A stretch of DNA of 64,000 nucleotides from Bryobacterales bacterium (GTDB lineage: Bacteria > Acidobacteriota > Terriglobia > Bryobacterales > Bryobacteraceae), in NCBI GenBank assembly GCA_019261985.1, contig JAFAQY010000106.1, positions 22,214-86,213 on the forward strand, given 5' to 3'. A program made the position numbers and the translations under genes. Under the pieces are notes generated by a model. It saw only the letters and a list, made by a program, of their open reading frames with translations. It made no database searches and was not told the origin of the DNA. This document shows, piece by piece, positions 35,485 to 44,050 of the stretch (its first letter is position 1; each line of letters begins with the position of its first letter).

Positions 35485-36927
35485 TCAGTCGTTGAAGCGC
35501 TCCAAAAACTTTGGATTGCCCATGCCGATCTCCGCATAAATGTGGAGACAAAGATCGATCCATCCGCGCACGCGATCGCACTGCTTCAATAGCGACGCGG
35601 AGGTATTGCCGTGATTAATGAACGATTCGTGATAGCAGCCTCCCGCGCATACGGGACGCACCCAGCAGGTGTGACAGTCCGGCCGCGCCCCGATATGATG
35701 CTGTTCCAGAAACTCCCGCCGGGCTTCGTGATCGATGCCGCCTTTCACCACGTTGCCCATCTGCGCGACGGGCGCGTCAACAAACCGGTGGCACGCACCG
35801 ATGTCTCCCGATGTGCCAACGCCAAGCATTCCGAGTCCGGCTCCACAGGTATAGGCCTTGCTGACTCCCGAATGAAGCTCCTTAAGAGTGTCGGTGACGT
35901 TAGTGAAGCGGTGGTGGCGACCCTTGAGAGCGTGGTCCCGATATTCGTACGCCAGATCCGCGAATTCGCCGAGGATATCGTCCATGGTTTCGCCGCCGAT
36001 GTGATAGAGGCGGTCGGGACTGGCAGTCGCCGGCGAAAATCCTACACCCGCGAAATCGAACTCCTGGGTCAGATGATCGTAGATTCGCCGCACATGGCGA
36101 ACACCGCTGCTAAGAGTCACTCTGGCGCCGATGGAATTTGTTTTGTGCCGCGCCAGCAGCATTTTTATCTTGGGAGCGATGACATCGTAGCTGCCGCGGC
36201 CATTGTGAAAAACGCGCATGCGATCGTGCAATTCTTTATCGCCGTCGATGCTGACGGTTACCCCGAAACGATGCTCAGCAAGAAAATCCGCGATCTCTTC
36301 CGTCAGAAGCGTCGCGTTGGTAGTTAGACTGTAATCGACCGCTTTGCCCTCCGACGCCGCCTTCGCATCCGTATAAGCCACTGTGGACTGCATCAGCGGG
36401 AAATTCAAGAGAGATTCACCGCCGAAAAAAGTCACGTGCAGCTTGGGGCGTCCGGCCGACTCGCGAAACAAAGTGTCTATCGCGGCCTGCGCGACCGGAT
36501 CGGTCATGTACTTCGGCTTGTCTTTTGTAATGGCGATTTTGTCCGGGCTGTACTCGTAGCAGTATCCGCAGCTCAGGTTGCACTGATTGGTGAGGTTCAG
36601 GACCACGCGCTGCAGAGGAAAATCGCCAGCCGGTATTGACGGAAATTTTGGACGTCCATCGCCGGAAGTCAGAACGTCGTAATACGTCATCTCTTCAAGG
36701 ATGGCTTCGATTTCGTCTGGAGCGTAACGCCGTTCAGTAAACCAAGAGACCAGCTCCCCACGATCGAGCGGACCAAGGGGAAACGCGTCGAAAATCTCTT
36801 TCGAAAGCCCGTCTAAACGGAACACAGCCCCGCTGGGGACCAGATAGAGAAAGTCAGCATCCGCAACTCTGAACCGGTGATGTTCAGACTGCCGGTAAGC
36901 CGTCGCGGCAGGTTCGCAAGCAGTCAT
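35485..36927 (-). CDS. qhpD: Radical SAM/SPASM peptide-crosslinking maturase, locus 2
   Basis: 480-aa ORF. CNLSCGYCYE motif and SPASM cysteines CGAGLG...CHRF...CHTCWVRPVCAGGCYHE. Its ATG overlaps the qhpA TGA (ATGA). Confidence 0.85.
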   Translation of the reverse strand: MTACEPAATAYRQSEHHRFRVADADFLYLVPSGAVFRLDGLSKEIFDAFPLGPLDRGELVSWFTERRYAPDEIEAILEEMTYYDVLTSGDGRPKFPSIPAGDFPLQRVVLNLTNQCNLSCGYCYEYSPDKIAITKDKPKYMTDPVAQAAIDTLFRESAGRPKLHVTFFGGESLLNFPLMQSTVAYTDAKAASEGKAVDYSLTTNATLLTEEIADFLAEHRFGVTVSIDGDKELHDRMRVFHNGRGSYDVIAPKIKMLLARHKTNSIGARVTLSSGVRHVRRIYDHLTQEFDFAGVGFSPATASPDRLYHIGGETMDDILGEFADLAYEYRDHALKGRHHRFTNVTDTLKELHSGVSKAYTCGAGLGMLGVGTSGDIGACHRFVDAPVAQMGNVVKGGIDHEARREFLEQHHIGARPDCHTCWVRPVCAGGCYHESFINHGNTSASLLKQCDRVRGWIDLCLHIYAEIGMGNPKFLERFND

Positions 36928-38747
36928 TGCTGAGCGACCTCGGGCTGGTCGTAAAGCGTGTAATTCGGGACAGTCACTACCAGGTACGATTTGGCCTTGT
37001 GGGTGACTCCTGCGGCATCTTTATAGGTGGCAACAGCCCAGACGTCGCCGTAGTTGTCTACGCCGAAGTTACTGTTGACCTTTTTGCGTTCGGGGTTGGG
37101 ACCTTCAAAGCTGGGCGTGAACAAGCCCGAATCGTCGATCTTCCCCACGAACAGGATGTCATCGTCGTCAGGGGTTGAAAAGAACTCCTCCATCGACCAT
37201 TGGGCGCTTACGGGTCCTAAATCCAGATCGTCGGCAGTGTGAGGCTTGCCATCGGGACCGGCGGCGTATGCTCGCGCTTCATATTGCGCAAACTCTTTGG
37301 GCCACTTAATGCCACCGAGCCGCGAAATCTGCGCGTTCGGGCTCACCTCAATGTAGGCGATCTTGTCGTACACGGCCAGGGCTTTAATCTTGCCGGCGCG
37401 GCCGATGGTCAGATCCCGCATGCCTACCGGAGCTTTTGCGGCAATGTCAACTTCGATGGTCGCCAATGTAGGGGTTGCGTTGACGACTTTCGTGACCGTA
37501 ATGCCGGGGCCGAATATGAAATCGGACGGTTGCAGCGATGACGGAAGATTGCCGCCAAATATCTTTACCTGACCGTGCGAAGGAGACTGAAGGGCCGATA
37601 TATCCGTACCCAGGATCGCCGGTTCTGCGCTAGCACGCACCAGATGCACATCCATGCCAAGCTCGCCGAAACCGCTCCAGAACCAGCGGCCGTCCATGCT
37701 GTTGCCATCGCGGGAAACCATCATGGCCTCGCGCCATTCAGCTGGAATACCACTGGCCGCGGTGACCGGCGCCGACGCCGCCGTAACCGGAAGGGGACTC
37801 ATGGCCGCAGCCCCGGAACGGCCGCGCCAGCTATAGCCGGTGTACACGATGCTCTTGCCGGTGAGCTTCAGGCTAGCTCCGGAACTCGCGTAAGTCAGCT
37901 GTGTTGTCGTCGAAAAAAGATCGTCGGATGCTCCGGGCGTAATCACAACCTGGCCGTAGATGCGTCCGCGACCCGGCTGATAGGCGGACACAAGCCACGT
38001 TCCCGCGAGTTTAGGCGCTCGCATAGCGGCGCGCCAAGCCGTCCATTCAGGAGTAATCAGCGGTTGGCTGGTTGCAAGATAATCGACAGCGATAGCGCCA
38101 GGCGCTTTTGCATTTACGGCGGAAGCTGCCGTGGCTCGAGGCGCTTCACGATTAATACCACCGGTATCGTTCGCTGTCAGGTGTACCGGCGCTTCCTCGA
38201 TCGGTACAGCCTTGGTGCGCTGCGGGCGGAACACGTTCTCCGCGCTCGGGAACATGCCGATGTGCATCGCCAGTAACTTTTGATAATCCTCGCGCGTTCG
38301 GCGCTGAGCTAAAACGCGGCCGATGTTGTGACAGTTGTTGCACGTTTTCTGAAGGGCCGGATTCGAAACATGATCGTCCTGATAGCCTTGGGTCCGGTGC
38401 TCCACCTCCCAGAACCCTGCCGCCATTTCTTCCGGCGCCAAGCCGTTGTTGTTGCTAAGGTAGCGGACGATGTCCCGCACTTCTTGCGGTGTGGCCGAAA
38501 GCCCGTTCAGCCGGATCATGCGTTTAATCGCCTGTTCCCAGACCTCGGGAGTCGTACGGATGTAAGAGATTCGGGTCATCAACCCGGCGGGGTCGCGCCG
38601 GTGGCAACCACCGCATTTGCTGATCGTCAACTGATCGTTTATAGGAATTCCCGCCACGTCAGGCTGCGAGCCGCTCTGCGCGTGAACGATGCTAAGTGCC
38701 ATGAAAAGCAGGCCTGCAACACCGACAAATCGTGCATGACTGGACAT
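36924..38747 (-). CDS. qhpA: QHNDH alpha subunit-like di-heme cytochrome c protein, locus 2
   Basis: 607-aa ORF with a signal peptide. CGGCH and CNNCH motifs, RISYIRTTPEVWEQAIKRM. The C-terminal SYLVVTVPNYTLYDQPEV matches the locus 1 C-terminus. Confidence 0.8.
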   Translation of the reverse strand: MSSHARFVGVAGLLFMALSIVHAQSGSQPDVAGIPINDQLTISKCGGCHRRDPAGLMTRISYIRTTPEVWEQAIKRMIRLNGLSATPQEVRDIVRYLSNNNGLAPEEMAAGFWEVEHRTQGYQDDHVSNPALQKTCNNCHNIGRVLAQRRTREDYQKLLAMHIGMFPSAENVFRPQRTKAVPIEEAPVHLTANDTGGINREAPRATAASAVNAKAPGAIAVDYLATSQPLITPEWTAWRAAMRAPKLAGTWLVSAYQPGRGRIYGQVVITPGASDDLFSTTTQLTYASSGASLKLTGKSIVYTGYSWRGRSGAAAMSPLPVTAASAPVTAASGIPAEWREAMMVSRDGNSMDGRWFWSGFGELGMDVHLVRASAEPAILGTDISALQSPSHGQVKIFGGNLPSSLQPSDFIFGPGITVTKVVNATPTLATIEVDIAAKAPVGMRDLTIGRAGKIKALAVYDKIAYIEVSPNAQISRLGGIKWPKEFAQYEARAYAAGPDGKPHTADDLDLGPVSAQWSMEEFFSTPDDDDILFVGKIDDSGLFTPSFEGPNPERKKVNSNFGVDNYGDVWAVATYKDAAGVTHKAKSYLVVTVPNYTLYDQPEVAQQ

Positions 38748-39191
38748 CGGTTATTTCCCCTTCCGTTTCTGAGAGCGCACCGCTCACAACACATCGTCAC
38801 TTCACGAGGACGGACGTTTGCTTCAGGCGAAGAGCAAGATAATGCGAAAGACGGGAGACGAGGTCCGGCGTGGACTACAGAGGCGCTCACGCAAACACTG
38901 TGTGAGCGCAAACGGGCAGAGCCGCGAGGTACTCGCGAAAAGTCAATCTAGCATGGCCGGGATTTTCTGTCAATGCCGTTCTGAAAATTACATATTGCAT
39001 CTCAACAAATGCGCGTGTTATAGCTCTAGAAGTCCGGTATTCGCCGCGTTTGTTGCGAAATTGCCCCTGTCAGGTTAGTGTCGAGCTGATCCCGCGCTCA
39101 GCCGCGCTGTGCCCCGACGCCCTCTTTTCCCCTGTTTGGACCGAAATCGTCAGCCTTTACAGATTGAACTGAATTTCCTTTACGAGGGCAA

Positions 39192-40526
39192 ATGAGTTTG
39201 AAACTGCATTCCCCGCATCTTGGCGTACCGGTCATCGTCCTGCTTGTAGTTTCGGCCGCCGCTCAAATCAATCCGGGCGCCATTGGGCGCAAGGCGCTTG
39301 ACGATCTGCTTGCGCAGCGCTTTTCCGAGTTGCGGGAACTGTTTGACACCGCTATGAAGGAGAACTTGACTCCCGATGTTCTCCGCGGCAGAGTCAGCTC
39401 GGAACTGGCGACTTTTGGTAAACCGGAAACGATCGGCGAACCCGTCGTGGGCCATGAAGGGCAGCTCACGGTGGTTACTCTCCCGGTAACGTTTTCGAAG
39501 ACCAAAGTGAATGTTCAGTTTCATATTCACGAATCCGGCGAACTGGCGGCTATCCACTTCCGGCCCGCAGATTCAGCGCCTCCGGTGGCGTGGCAGCGGC
39601 CTGCCTACAGCAACCCGAATGCATTCCAAGAGCGAGCGATCACCATCGGCAACGAGCCCTGGAAGCTGGGTGGAACATTCACCGTACCGAAAGGAAAGGG
39701 GCCATTCCCGGCTGTGGTTCTGGTGCATGGTCCAGGTCCGAACGACCGGGATGAATCGATGCGGGCCAACAAGGTCTTCGCGGACATCGCGGAAGGGCTC
39801 TCATCGCGCGGTATTGCCGTATTGAGATACGACAAACGCACGCTGGTCTACGGACGGCAAATGAGCGAGCGCGAGTTTACGTTGCGCGAGGAAATCATCG
39901 AAGATGCGTTAGCGGCTGCTGCCTTCCTGCGCGCGCAGCCCGAAATAGACCGCGGGAAAATTTATCTGCTCGGCCACAGCCTGGGTGGATACGCAGCTCC
40001 GCGGATCGCCCGCGAGGATGGCAAGTTCGCTGGAGTAATTTTTCTCGCTGCTAATGCGCGCCCGATTCAGGAACTGGTTCTGGAGCAAACGCGATATTTG
40101 GCCGCGGCCGGCGCGCTGTCTCCCGATGAGGCCCAGAAACGGCTGGACGCTTTGAAGATAGAAACGGAAAAACTGAACGCGCTAGAACCGGGGAAAGCGA
40201 ATCCGCCCGTAGTATTGGGGCTACCCTCAGCCTGGCTCCTTGATGTGAAGTCTTACGATCCCGTGGCCGAAGCGGCGCGTCTGTCAATTCCGCTTTTATT
40301 TCTCCAAGGCGGCCGCGATTTTCAGGTCGGCATGAAAGATTTCGAGCAGTGGAAATCGAGGCTTGGGGCGCAACCGAACGCAACCTTCCACTCTTATCCC
40401 GACTTGAATCACCTATTTATTTCGGGAAAGGCCAGGAGCGTACCGGCCGAGTACCTCATTCCCGGCAACGTGTCGGCGGATGTGATCGCCGCGATTGCGG
40501 ATTGGATCGCGGCCGGTGGAAACTAG
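39192..40526 (+). CDS. Secreted alpha/beta-fold serine hydrolase
   Basis: 444-aa ORF with a signal peptide and an N-terminal helical domain. Nucleophile elbow GHSLGG, with downstream GGRDFQV and LNHLF (acid and His contexts). Confidence 0.75.
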   Translation: MSLKLHSPHLGVPVIVLLVVSAAAQINPGAIGRKALDDLLAQRFSELRELFDTAMKENLTPDVLRGRVSSELATFGKPETIGEPVVGHEGQLTVVTLPVTFSKTKVNVQFHIHESGELAAIHFRPADSAPPVAWQRPAYSNPNAFQERAITIGNEPWKLGGTFTVPKGKGPFPAVVLVHGPGPNDRDESMRANKVFADIAEGLSSRGIAVLRYDKRTLVYGRQMSEREFTLREEIIEDALAAAAFLRAQPEIDRGKIYLLGHSLGGYAAPRIAREDGKFAGVIFLAANARPIQELVLEQTRYLAAAGALSPDEAQKRLDALKIETEKLNALEPGKANPPVVLGLPSAWLLDVKSYDPVAEAARLSIPLLFLQGGRDFQVGMKDFEQWKSRLGAQPNATFHSYPDLNHLFISGKARSVPAEYLIPGNVSADVIAAIADWIAAGGN

Positions 40527-40534
40527 CCGGGCGT

Positions 40535-41536
40535 TTATGCGACGGCCTCAAGCTGAAAACCGTTCAGTCGATAGCGAAACGGGGGAAATCGCGCCAGTCT
40601 TTCGGCGCACCAAGCCAAGCCACGTTCAAGGGCGTGCAATTCCGCGGTCCACCACGGCCCATCGCCACCGCTCCGATAAAAACCAATACAGTTCGCGAGG
40701 TGCCGGTGAAAGCCGGCGGTCAAGCGCGATTCGTAATGCGCAAACACATGATCCGCTGACTCCCCGTTGGATATGGCACGGACGGCAGCAGCGGCTAGAA
40801 CGGCTTCGCGCACGGCATGCGCGGTACCGTCTCCACAGATTGGATCGAAAGCGAGCGCGGCCGTGCCGCAGGCCAGCCATCGCCTGTCCTCAGCGCAGCC
40901 GCAAAGCGGGATCATTATTCTCGGGTGGGCAGGGAATTCGCCATTGGGCGCATGAACGTATCGGATTTGCTTTGCGATCAGCCGGCTGCCTTCGAGCGGA
41001 GCGCCGCAGACACCGCCAACGCAAAGTAGCGACCCTGTGCTATCTTCGCTTCCGATCAAGAATAGCCAACCGTCCTCAGCCGATTCGACCCAGCAGCCAG
41101 GTTCGCCGGCGGTGTTCAATTCAACCGAATAAGCGCGGGCCGTTCGCGTGCCGAAACGTTGCTCCGCCGCTCCGGGCGGAGATGGACGTGAAGAAAAGAT
41201 CTCCCACTCCGATGGGCGCGGCACGGCGGCGATTGGGATGGCCGGCCGGATATGGTCCAACAGTATTTTCTCAGAGACAACCACAGCGGAATGCGGTAAA
41301 ACGACGGGTTCGGCTTGCGAACCCCAGAGGACAGTCCTGTGTTGAATGCGCGGCAGCTCTCGAAAGAGGTCCCGATGTCCGAAAACATCCGCCATCAATT
41401 TAATCGCGGCCTCGCTGAGCATCACGGCCGGCACGCGGGGACGGCTGGAAGCTTCGAGCTCCACGGGAACCCCGGCTCGATGTAAAATATGCGCGCAGCA
41501 ATATGCGGCTACTCCGTCGCCGCGAACCAGGACCAT
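40535..41536 (-). CDS. FAD-dependent monooxygenase-like flavoprotein, candidate QhpG/LodB-type tryptophylquinone biogenesis enzyme
   Basis: 333-aa ORF. The N-terminal Rossmann beta-alpha-beta is MVLVRGDGVAAYCCAHILHRAGVPVELE (a GxGxxA variant). The second FAD motif is ACGTAALAFDPICGDGTAHAVREA (GD...DP type). The assignment to cofactor biogenesis rests on context. Confidence 0.45.
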   Translation of the reverse strand: MVLVRGDGVAAYCCAHILHRAGVPVELEASSRPRVPAVMLSEAAIKLMADVFGHRDLFRELPRIQHRTVLWGSQAEPVVLPHSAVVVSEKILLDHIRPAIPIAAVPRPSEWEIFSSRPSPPGAAEQRFGTRTARAYSVELNTAGEPGCWVESAEDGWLFLIGSEDSTGSLLCVGGVCGAPLEGSRLIAKQIRYVHAPNGEFPAHPRIMIPLCGCAEDRRWLACGTAALAFDPICGDGTAHAVREAVLAAAAVRAISNGESADHVFAHYESRLTAGFHRHLANCIGFYRSGGDGPWWTAELHALERGLAWCAERLARFPPFRYRLNGFQLEAVA

Positions 41537-43162
41537 GTGATCAGGATAACGAAGGCACTACTCCCGATAATCCTGCTGCTGACTCGTGTAGCTGGTCAGT
41601 CGCCCGCGCCAGAGGAGGGCATTCCCGTTACCGATCCGTTGGTCATCGCGAAATGTGGCCCTTGCCACGCAAAAGACGACCGCGGAAATCTGGAGCGAAT
41701 TTCGTGGATGCGGACCACGCCCGAAGGCTGGCAGGAGGCATTACGAAAAACAGTGCTGGATGGACGTCTTACGATCGCGCCGGCCGAAGCGCGTGCCGTT
41801 GTGAAATCGCTAAGCGGAAGTCACGGATTGGCGCCTGAGGAAGCGCAGCCTGTGGCGTATTACGCGGAGCGCCGAATTCAGGAGGAAGGCATCGATGACG
41901 ACAATCCACTGACGTCGTGTACGAAATGCCACCCCGCGGCTCGACCGCTTTCGTGGAGGCGGTCGCCGAAGGAGTGGGAGCAATTCGTCGAAACGCATGC
42001 GAAGGAATACAAGTTCGATTTGAACCCGCGGACGATTACGGCTCTCAGTAAAACCACTTCGCTTCATACGCCCGAGTGGACGGGATGGAGCGCCCGCACG
42101 GCTCGCCCGGACCTGAGTGGCCGCTGGTTAGTCACGGCCCATTTGCATGGTGGCGGAAAATACACGGGTGAGCTGCAAGTGGAGCGCGGTAGCGCCCCGG
42201 ACGAGTTCAGCACGCGCATAAAACTGAAATCCACAAAGAATGGCTTCGAAGTCGTCCGCACGGGCCAAACTGTAATATTCGGAGGTTATCAATGGCGTGG
42301 CCGGTCTCGAGGAGTTAATCCTCCTAACAGCCCTGAGGATGCTTCCAATGAGGCGCGTGAGTCGCTGTGGTTCTCGCCTGATTTAACCCGCGCCGAAGGC
42401 CGTTGGTTCTGGGGGCAATACCAGGAATTCGGGTTTAACGTGGAACTACGGCGACCCTCGACTGGAGCGACCCTGCTCGCTATCGACAGCCAATCGCTCA
42501 AGATAGGCTCGAAATCTAATGCGATTCGGCTTATCGGCGACAATTTCGCCGCTCAGGTGAGTCCTGCCGATCTAAGCTTTGGCCCCGGCGTGACGGTACG
42601 GCGAATCGTTTCCGGCAACGCAACGGAAATCGTGGTTGAAGTGGATGTCGCCGCAAATGCGACGCCACGCAAGAACGATGTCTCGCTGCACGGGTCGGTT
42701 CTGAAAGGCAGGCTTGCGATCTACGATCGCGTCGATTACCTGAAGGTCACCCCGGAATCATCGCTTGCCGCGTTCGGCAATGCCAATTATCAACGGGGCT
42801 TTGGAATTTTCGAAGCGATCGGATTTCAGCGCGGCCCGGATGGCAAGGCTCACACGGCCGACGATCTCGACCTAGGGCCGATAGACGCGACTTGGTCGAT
42901 GGAGGTCTTTTATGCCGTCGATTCGAGTGGCAACGACAAAATCGGCAAAGTCAGCACAGCCGGTCTCTTCACTCCCGCCGCGGACAATCCTGGAGTGAAT
43001 TATGACATTTGGGTCATCGCGACGGCGGTGAAAGAATTTAGCAAAGACGCGCGTCCTTTGGTGGGTAAAGGTTATGTCGTGGTGACGGTTCCCGAGTACA
43101 CGTTTAATGGACGACGCTATATACGCGACCTGGACCGCTGGATCGAGGAGGGCACCTGGTAA
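41537..43162 (+). CDS. Third, orphan QHNDH alpha subunit-like di-heme cytochrome c protein
   Basis: The ORF track starts at the ATG at 41489. The GTG at 41537 gives a cleaner signal peptide (VIRITKALLPIILLLTRVAGQ). CGPCH and CTKCH motifs, RISWMRTTPEGWQEALRK, and alignment along its length with the two qhpA products. No gamma, beta or radical SAM gene is adjacent. Confidence 0.65.
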   Translation: MIRITKALLPIILLLTRVAGQSPAPEEGIPVTDPLVIAKCGPCHAKDDRGNLERISWMRTTPEGWQEALRKTVLDGRLTIAPAEARAVVKSLSGSHGLAPEEAQPVAYYAERRIQEEGIDDDNPLTSCTKCHPAARPLSWRRSPKEWEQFVETHAKEYKFDLNPRTITALSKTTSLHTPEWTGWSARTARPDLSGRWLVTAHLHGGGKYTGELQVERGSAPDEFSTRIKLKSTKNGFEVVRTGQTVIFGGYQWRGRSRGVNPPNSPEDASNEARESLWFSPDLTRAEGRWFWGQYQEFGFNVELRRPSTGATLLAIDSQSLKIGSKSNAIRLIGDNFAAQVSPADLSFGPGVTVRRIVSGNATEIVVEVDVAANATPRKNDVSLHGSVLKGRLAIYDRVDYLKVTPESSLAAFGNANYQRGFGIFEAIGFQRGPDGKAHTADDLDLGPIDATWSMEVFYAVDSSGNDKIGKVSTAGLFTPAADNPGVNYDIWVIATAVKEFSKDARPLVGKGYVVVTVPEYTFNGRRYIRDLDRWIEEGTW

Positions 43163-43167
43163 TACGG

Positions 43168-43536
43168 TTGCGTTTAGCCGGTCTTCTGCTACCAGCGGTG
43201 GCCCTCGCCCATCATGGTTTGGCGGTGTTCGATCGGACCACCCCAATCACGCTCATCGGAACAGTCACGGAGTTCCACTTCACCAATCCTCACTGCATCA
43301 TCGACTTCGACGTTAAGGCCGGCAACGGCCGGTTGCAGAAATGGCAAGGCGAGCTGACCAGCCCTCTCCATTTGAAGGGCTGGACCGCAACTTCGCTCGA
43401 AGCAGGGAACCAAGTTAAAATCACGGGTTATCGCGCCAAGAGCGGAGCATATTACGTCTGGATTACGCGGCTGGTTTCATCGAATGGTAAAGAGATCCGC
43501 ACGAACGGCGACAATCTGATTCCAGAAACACCATAG
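43168..43536 (+). CDS. Small secreted DUF6152-like protein
   Basis: 122-aa ORF with a TTG start 5 nt after the upstream stop. Signal peptide, then AHHGLAVFDRTTPITLIGTVTEFHFTNPHCIIDF. This resembles the AHH..FD...G.V....NPH pattern I recall for DUF6152 proteins; the family call is from memory. Confidence 0.5.
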   Translation: MRLAGLLLPAVALAHHGLAVFDRTTPITLIGTVTEFHFTNPHCIIDFDVKAGNGRLQKWQGELTSPLHLKGWTATSLEAGNQVKITGYRAKSGAYYVWITRLVSSNGKEIRTNGDNLIPETP

Positions 43537-43889
43537 CGCGTACCAAAGTTCCATAGAAGCCGTGACTACCCGTCCGATTCCATGCCGTTGACCAGGGTAG
43601 AAGTCCACTTAATCGAAGTAATCCGCTCGGTCAAACCTCTCTTCAAGAACTGGGCGCTGGCCGTTCATTCCGCGATTCTGAGTTGGCTGCCTTTCCGCTC
43701 TATGGACAAGAAGATTGTCCTGAGATTCAGCGTTCCATTGACAACGGAACGCGCGCGCGCCGCATCCCGGAAAAGATAGCCGGCGGTCTAGAATCAAAGC
43801 TCTTTGGAAGCTAAACAACCATACGAAGATGTCGAATCGGCAGGGTACATACCGGACGCGGAATTTCGCCAATCGCATGAAAAAAATGG

Positions 43890-43920
43890 TGGCTCCCCGG
43901 CGTGGATTCGAACCACGAAC
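43890..43920 (-). other. tRNA 3' fragment (T-arm, acceptor 3' strand and CCA) with no 5' half; a possible att-site remnant
   Basis: The reverse strand reads CGTGG-TTCGAAT-CCACG-CCGGGGA-G-CCA, followed by CCATTTTTT. No matching 5' acceptor strand (TCCCCGG), D-arm or foldable anticodon arm lies upstream. Confidence 0.5.
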
Positions 43921-44050
43921 TTGACAGGTTTTTGAAGGCTCACAACTTGTTGATTCTAAAAAGTCGTTGAAGTCATCAAAAGCACCAAAAGCAGGCATTT
44001 GGTACAAAAACTGTAAAAAATTTTTACCCCAATCGGATGCACGTCCCGCT

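Noticed and set aside
38771-38912. Repeated GCGCTCAC/GTGAGCGC inverted-repeat motifs upstream of qhpA2, considered as a possible operator shared with locus 1.
   Set aside because: No matching motif was found upstream of qhpA1 (24918-25125), and 8-bp GC-rich palindromes are expected by chance in this composition. It is kept only as a note.
43890-43990. Possibility that the tRNA-like sequence is a complete tRNA, a tRNA-Sec (a CTTCAAA loop-like string lies upstream) or the 3' end of tmRNA.
   Set aside because: No 5' acceptor strand complementary to CCGGGGA exists upstream. The bases flanking CTTCAAA do not pair into an anticodon stem. The acceptor lacks the G3-U70 alanine identity pair, and the position where a tmRNA 5' end would lie is inside arsC.
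43609-44007. 132-aa minus-strand ORF between the DUF6152-like gene and arsC.
   Set aside because: It reads straight through the tRNA-like fragment and the AT-rich junction, and it has no motifs and no ribosome-binding site. It is most likely non-coding.
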